Below are positions 58,709 through 64,000 of a stretch of 64,000 nt of DNA, piece after piece; position 1 is the stretch's first letter, and each line of letters begins with the position of its first letter. The notes under the pieces were generated by a model. That model did no database searches. It was not told the DNA's origin and worked only from the letters and a program-made list of their open reading frames with translations. The position numbers were made by a program, and so were the translations under genes. Source of the stretch: Octopus vulgaris (taxonomy: Eukaryota); NCBI GenBank assembly GCA_951406725.2, contig OX597840.1:1054001-1118000 (forward strand), read 5' to 3'.

Positions 58709-60643
58709 TTAGCAGGCATACCCGGCGTTGCTCTGGATTAAGTAGCATAACTGGTAAGTCGCGAAATCCCCCAATCGTGATATTTTACTGTTCCTCTGTG
58801 GTAACTCCTTCCTTGCAAATATTGGGTTGTCCGGAAAGTTCTTGCCGATTTTTAAAGGAAATAAAAAGGTCAATAAATATTTGCCATTACATTTTTAATC
58901 AACCAAATCTGAACCATTTTGTTGCACAATGCGATGCGTCTCTATCTTTCCTTTAACCTGAAAATACCCTCTTCCCAGAATTGAGATGGTTTCATGGCAA
59001 AGAATTCATCAAGGTATCTTTTTACGTCATCCAAGGAATTGAAATTTTTACTATTAAGACAATTCTAGAGAGACCTGAATAACTGGAATTCCAAAGGAGC
59101 GATATCTGGTGAATATGGAGGGTGGGGTAAGACATCCCAGCCGAGCTGCGGCAATTTTTGTCTGGTCCCCAAAGCATCAAGTGCTGAAAATGAACTTTGT
59201 TAACTTCCATTTTAAAGGGTTACAGAATTAACACAGGTTATAGGAACATAAACCTTCTTCCATGAAAAGATAGCTTAAACTGTGCTCTAAATGGAGGTGT
59301 AGTCAAATCCTATTTTATGGACTCAACCATGTTCTAAAATAAGTCGAAAGGTAAGCTACTATAAATCGGTACGAACTTTCCGGACAACCCAATATATGTG
59401 GTACTCATCTGTTCCATATGGGAAAATAAATCAATGGATACATCAAACGATCTTAGGATCGCTGTAACTCTGAAATTCTCAATCCACCTTGTTTCAAGTG
59501 ACGAACAACATCTTTATTTTCTGTAGGCTCATTTCACATTATAGCTGCACCTTCAACCCTTGTTGGTTCATTGAAACGCCGAGCATGTTCTCCCTTGGCA
59601 CGCTTATTTTCTCGAAGTCCATGATTAATTTGACCTTGGATTCTTACAGATGGATTCCAACCTTGGACACATGCATCCATCTTTGTGACCAAAGCTGGTC
59701 AGGGCAAACAGAGAGTTGTACTCCCTGGGCCTTGATAAAAAATGTGGAGCCTGTGTAACCTTTCCATTTGCACAGCACACCCCTGGTGATTCTCCAGTAA
59801 ATTTCTGCAGCACTGTCAAAATTTGGTCGTTTATCCAATTGCAACCATGTTACATAGGTCAGTTTTGTCATACAGTAATGCAGGACGTTTAGCATTTTGA
59901 ATCTCACGTTGTCTTAAATTTTGATACCTGTTTCTATCCGCAATAAAACGCTGTTGTCTCTCTTCTTGCAACCATATTGCGAAATCTATCAACAATCAAA
60001 TGTTTGTTTTTCTCTCTTCTTCAGGCTCACTCCTTGCAACTATCTGGCGAAATATAACTTGTCCCTGTCTTTCTTGGCGCTCACCAATGGTTTCATTTTG
60101 CCGAGACTCTGTTTGCTTCTGTCTTTGACTAGAAAGTCGTTCGTCCCTTGCATCACAGGTTTCAGATTGGCGAGACATTCTTTGTCTTCGGCTTTGCCTA
60201 GAAATTCGTTCTTCCCTTGCATTACAGATATCAGATTGATGATGTAGCTTCATCCTTTGTACATGTGGATTATTAGCATAAGTGGACTTCATTTTCTGTG
60301 GCATAATGGGTGTCTGAAGAGAGATTAATAAAAAGAAAATTCTAAAAGATTAGCGTCATCCACTAATAATTTTTCATGCCATAATTCTTGTGAAATTTTG
60401 TGATAGATAAAAATATATAAATTCGCAGACTTTTTCTATGAAAGACGGGTAAGTCCTGCTCCAGAGCGACGGCTGCGGGGTCACTCCGAAAAGCTCTATC
60501 TGCGACGATTTCATCTCAATCGAAGCAGAGGGGCTTTCTCCGTCCGGGTTGCGGATCCGTGGAATAAGCTGCCGGACGAGATAGTGACCTTGCTTTTTGC
60601 TTTTTGAGCCAAAAAATTAACTTAACTTAACTTAATTAATAGA
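58709..60643 (-). mobile_element. Internally deleted Helitron
   Basis: 3' hairpin and CTAA|T end at 58709; Rep N-terminal R..ET...R..RL repeats (59996-60304); KFTGESPGVCCANGKV and REYNSLFALTSFG; 5' end approximate. Confidence 0.8.
58822..59392 (-). mobile_element. Non-autonomous mariner nested in the Helitron
   Basis: TIRs TTGGGTTGTCCGGAAAGTTC / GAACTTTCCGGACAACCCAA with TA duplication; DVLPHPPYSPDIAP remnant. Confidence 0.9.
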
Positions 60644-61035
60644 AAAGCCCCTGATAATAGAGATTCAAATACTCAAGTTATGGGCTTCCAAAATTTGTCA
60701 ATATAAGGGGGTTTATACAAACACACATACAGGCAAGTTCTGTCTTATAAAATTTCCACTGGTTACGACAACATGTGATCCAGTTGAACCGATCAACAGA
60801 ACAGTCATCTCATGAAATTACCATGCAAGTGAGTAAGATTTGTTGGGACACTGAATGCGATAAGGCTGGTCCTTTTAATTACAGGTACAACTAATTTTTG
60901 CCAACTTAATGAACTGAAGTACCGAGAAATAACGTGCATTGCTGAAGGATATAATGCGCCAATGGCAATCGAAATCACTACGGTAGGATCGCGATGGTTA
61001 GTATTTAAGCATATAATATGTATAAATATTAAACT

Positions 61036-61442
61036 CTCTTTACCCTTTACTCTTTTACTTGTTTCAGTCATTTGACTGCAGCCATGCTGGAGCACCGCTT
61101 TCAGTCGAGCAAATCGACCTCGGGACTTATTCGTTGTAAGCCCAGTACTTATTCTATCGGTCTCTTTTGCCGAACCGCTAAGTGACGGGGACGTAAACAC
61201 ACCAGCATCGGTTGTCAAGCAATGCTAGGGGGACAAACACAGACACACAAACATATACACACACATAAATATACATATATATACATATATACGATAGGCT
61301 TCATTCAGTTTCCGTCTACCAAATCCACTCACAAGGCATTGGTCGGCCCGAAGACACTTGCCCAAGGTGTCACACAGTGGGACTGAACCCAGAAGCATGT
61401 GGCTGGTAAGCAAGCTACCTACCACACAGCCACTCCTGCGCC
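61036..61442 (-). mobile_element. CORE-type SINE family 2
   Basis: Near full-length reverse complement of 37245-37652. Confidence 0.9.
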
Positions 61443-61754
61443 TAGAAACTATTTCTAGATAATTTCTATTCGTTCCTCTATTGTCGTAAAAGTTTGGTAT
61501 ATACTCAAAAGTCTTCAAAAAATTTTTATCCTTTTTTTTCATCCATCTATTAGGGAGATAGGCTTATAGATTTTAGCGTCTGCTCTGCTTCCTCCTTTAA
61601 GGATGGGGCATATTATTCCCTCCTTATGGTCACAACATATCATCTGAACCTACAAGGAAGCTTACTAAATAGATGACTGTTCACTGCAATGTGCCAATTA
61701 GAGATTTGATTCTCTAACACACACACACACACGCACACATATGAATATATATAT

Positions 61755-61948
61755 CAGTAAAATAATATGTGATAATTGTTCAATAGCCAAGATAAAACTC
61801 TGAGTTGTAGATTTTCAACCTCGGCATCCGAAACTCAGAGTTCTATCTTAGCTATTGAATAATTGTCACATATTATTTTACAGATAAATTTCTTCTATTT
61901 ACATAATATTGAGGTCTCTTTCTTTCTTTTGTTATCTTACCGTTTTTA

Positions 61949-61953
<5 letters not shown>
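61755..61953. mobile_element. Short fold-back 3' end related to the 62.5-63.7 kb PLE family
   Basis: Half HHR CATCCGAAACTCAGAGTT; 3' end homologous to 62474-62600; inverted arm 61755-61806. Confidence 0.8.
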
Positions 61954-61987
<34 letters not shown>

Positions 61988-61990
<3 letters not shown>

Positions 61991-62172
61991 GGTCCCGGGT
62001 TGAGTCGGGGTTAACCACAGTAAATAAGGTACTCAATACATAGCAGAGTAAATTAATTTATTTTATACAAGGAGCTTCTAGAACTGCTTCATTCAAAAGA
62101 AATCATCCACCTAGCTTCCTGATGATTTCTTTTGAATGAAACAGTTCTAGAAGCTCCTTCTATAAAATAAAT
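61988..62172. mobile_element. HHR element family H, outward-facing pair; hammerhead at 62113-62155 (+)
   Basis: AGCUUC-CUGAUGA-UUUC(UUUU)GAAU-GAAA-CAG..UA-GAAGCU; stem III partly deleted relative to the 23.0 kb copy. Confidence 0.75.
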
Positions 62173-62378
62173 ATATATATATAAATAATAAAATAGGGTA
62201 ATAATAAATTATTATTACCAGTGGCCTAGCACAAAAAACGAATTAGTCATTAGACTATATATTATTCATATAGAAATACAATAAGAGGCTATAGTTGAGA
62301 TGGTAAATGTTTTTAATTTTCATTCCTTTCATGAATTTATGTGTTCTAGCACAACGCTTCCCTACTTGGAAGCCTCTT

Positions 62379-62475
<97 letters not shown>

Positions 62476-62862
62476 ATAAAACGGTAAGATAACAAAAGAA
62501 AGAAAGAGACCTCAATATTATGTAAATAGAGGAAATTTATCTATACAATATGTTACATTACTCGGTAGTCAAGATAAAACTCTGAGTTTCAGATGCCGAA
62601 GTGGAAATCCACAACACCATCTCTTCGGTTATCTGGCTATTTGAAAACGTTATGAAAAAATACCGTTAAATAAAGGGAAATTACTCTGTTATAACTCTGC
62701 TTGCCTGCGTACTTATACATCGCTCGCATTTTTCGTCATAAAAATTATATAAAAATACATAAAAAATATATAAAAATATATAAATTCTTCTTGGGACATA
62801 ACATAGAAAGCTTGTTCTATCTGTTTTCTTTAGGGGACCAAAAACGTAACAGAAACTTAGTC

Positions 62863-63390
62863 ACATGTTCAACTACCAATTTTGAAAACATAATCAAACA
62901 TAACATACAAGAAACACAAGAGGAAAACAGCTGTTCATGCAGGAATAAAGAATTGTGCCCGCTAAATGGAGCTTGCATGTCCAAGACCATCATATATGAA
63001 GCTACCGTAAACTCTATAACCACTAAAGACACCATTTCGACGAAGAAATACGTGGGCCTTACAGAGGGTAATTTCAAGGCCAGGTTCAATAACCACACTT
63101 TGAGCTTTAGGCACTGGAACAAAAGAAAAGCGACACAATTGTCTAATCATATTTGGTCTTTAAGAGATAAAGGTGTCGATTATAACATACAATGGAAGAT
63201 TTTGGCCAGATGTAAGCCCTATACTAACAGCAGCGGAAGGTGCGGTCTATGCGACATGGAGAGATGGCTTATCTGGAAAAGCAGCTTAGACCCTACTACA
63301 TGTCTAAATACAAGGACAGAGCTTTTCGGATCATGCCCACATGTGACTAAGTTTCTGTTACGTTTTTGGTCCCCTAAAGAAAACAGATAG
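62863..63390 (+). CDS. GIY-YIG endonuclease domain of PLE (5'-truncated, uninterrupted)
   Basis: CSCRNKELCPLNGAC..IIYEA...YVGLTEGNFKARFNNH..SFR...T.LS.HIW...W.I....PY.....CGLC..E...LN.RTELFGSCPH. Confidence 0.92.
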   Translation, partial: TCSTTNFENIIKHNIQETQEENSCSCRNKELCPLNGACMSKTIIYEATVNSITTKDTISTKKYVGLTEGNFKARFNNHTLSFRHWNKRKATQLSNHIWSLRDKGVDYNIQWKILARCKPYTNSSGRCGLCDMERWLIWKSSLDPTTCLNTRTELFGSCPHVTKFLLRFWSPKENR

Positions 63391-63583
63391 AACATGCTTT
63401 CTATGTTATGTCCCAAGAAGAATTTATATATTTTTATATATTTTTTATATATTTTTTATGTATTTTTATATAATTTTTATGACGAAAAATGCGAGCGATG
63501 TATAAGTACGCAGGCAAGCAGAGTTATAACAGAGTAATTTCCCTTTATTTAACGGTATTTTTTCATAACGTTTTCAAATAGCC

Positions 63584-63646
63584 AGATAACCGAAGAGATA
63601 GTGTTGTGGATTTCCACTTCGGCATCTGAAACTCAGAGTTTTATCT
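63584..63646 (+). ncRNA. Hammerhead ribozyme in PLE pseudo-LTR (U4C variant)
   Basis: AGAUAA-CCGAAGA-GAU...CAUCU-GAAA-CUC(A)GAG-UU-UUAUCU; 6-bp stem I; stem II register ambiguous by 1 nt. Confidence 0.72.
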
Positions 63647-63675
63647 TGACTACCGAGTAATGTAACATATTGTAT

Positions 63676-63747
<72 letters not shown>

Positions 63748-64000
63748 GTATCTATATGTATATATATATATATATATATGTCTGCGTATGTGTGTCTGTG
63801 CGTGTATGTATTTTTATCTTTGTGGTTTTTTATGGACCTCCCTATCTGCCTATCGGTGATGGTTCGTTTACGTCCCCTCATCGTCTTGTTTCGGCCGTAA
63901 ATGGGAGCCAAACAGAAAGTGCGCGACTCGAAATAAAAGTAAATAAGCACTGGGTTGCGATAGCTTGACTAAAAATCTGCCACACGGCGCCATAGCATGA

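Larger units (their letters stand above)
62474..63680 (+). mobile_element. 5'-truncated Naiad-type Penelope-like element with inverted pseudo-LTR
   Basis: The inverted arm 62474-62868 includes the reverse complement of 63340-63680; long (TA)n flanks; HHRs at 62572-62634 (-) and 63584-63646 (+). Confidence 0.9.

Noticed and set aside
62701-62862. N-terminal part of the 229-aa ORF
   Set aside because: It is the antisense of the inverted pseudo-LTR and is in frame by chance.
62863-63390. Selenocysteine-encoding Naiad
   Set aside because: Some Naiads use UGA at conserved cysteines, but this frame has no in-frame TGA; the missing upstream part cannot be assessed.

Overview
AT-rich, microsatellite-saturated eukaryotic DNA. 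The SINE families and (TA)n/(ATCT)n/(AAT)n density suggest an octopus or other cephalopod intron or intergenic region (inference). No host protein-coding gene can be supported, and almost all ORFs in the track are translated microsatellites. The window is a mosaic of tRNA-derived SINEs, RTE and R4/Dong LINE fragments, mariner/maT, Helitron and Mutator remnants, and Penelope-like elements (PLEs) with Naiad-type GIY-YIG endonuclease. The main signal is about 20 type I hammerhead ribozyme (HHR) motifs from about 12 sequence-unrelated families, found by eye. Each has a palindromic stem III and sits in a short element embedded in (TA)n. They include two tandem retrozyme-like arrays (480-bp and 465-bp monomers) and a PLE with an intact endonuclease domain. 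Many insertions share an architecture of two overlapping copies with both 3' ends pointing outwards into TA repeats. All calls are by eye and coordinates of degenerate elements are approximate.
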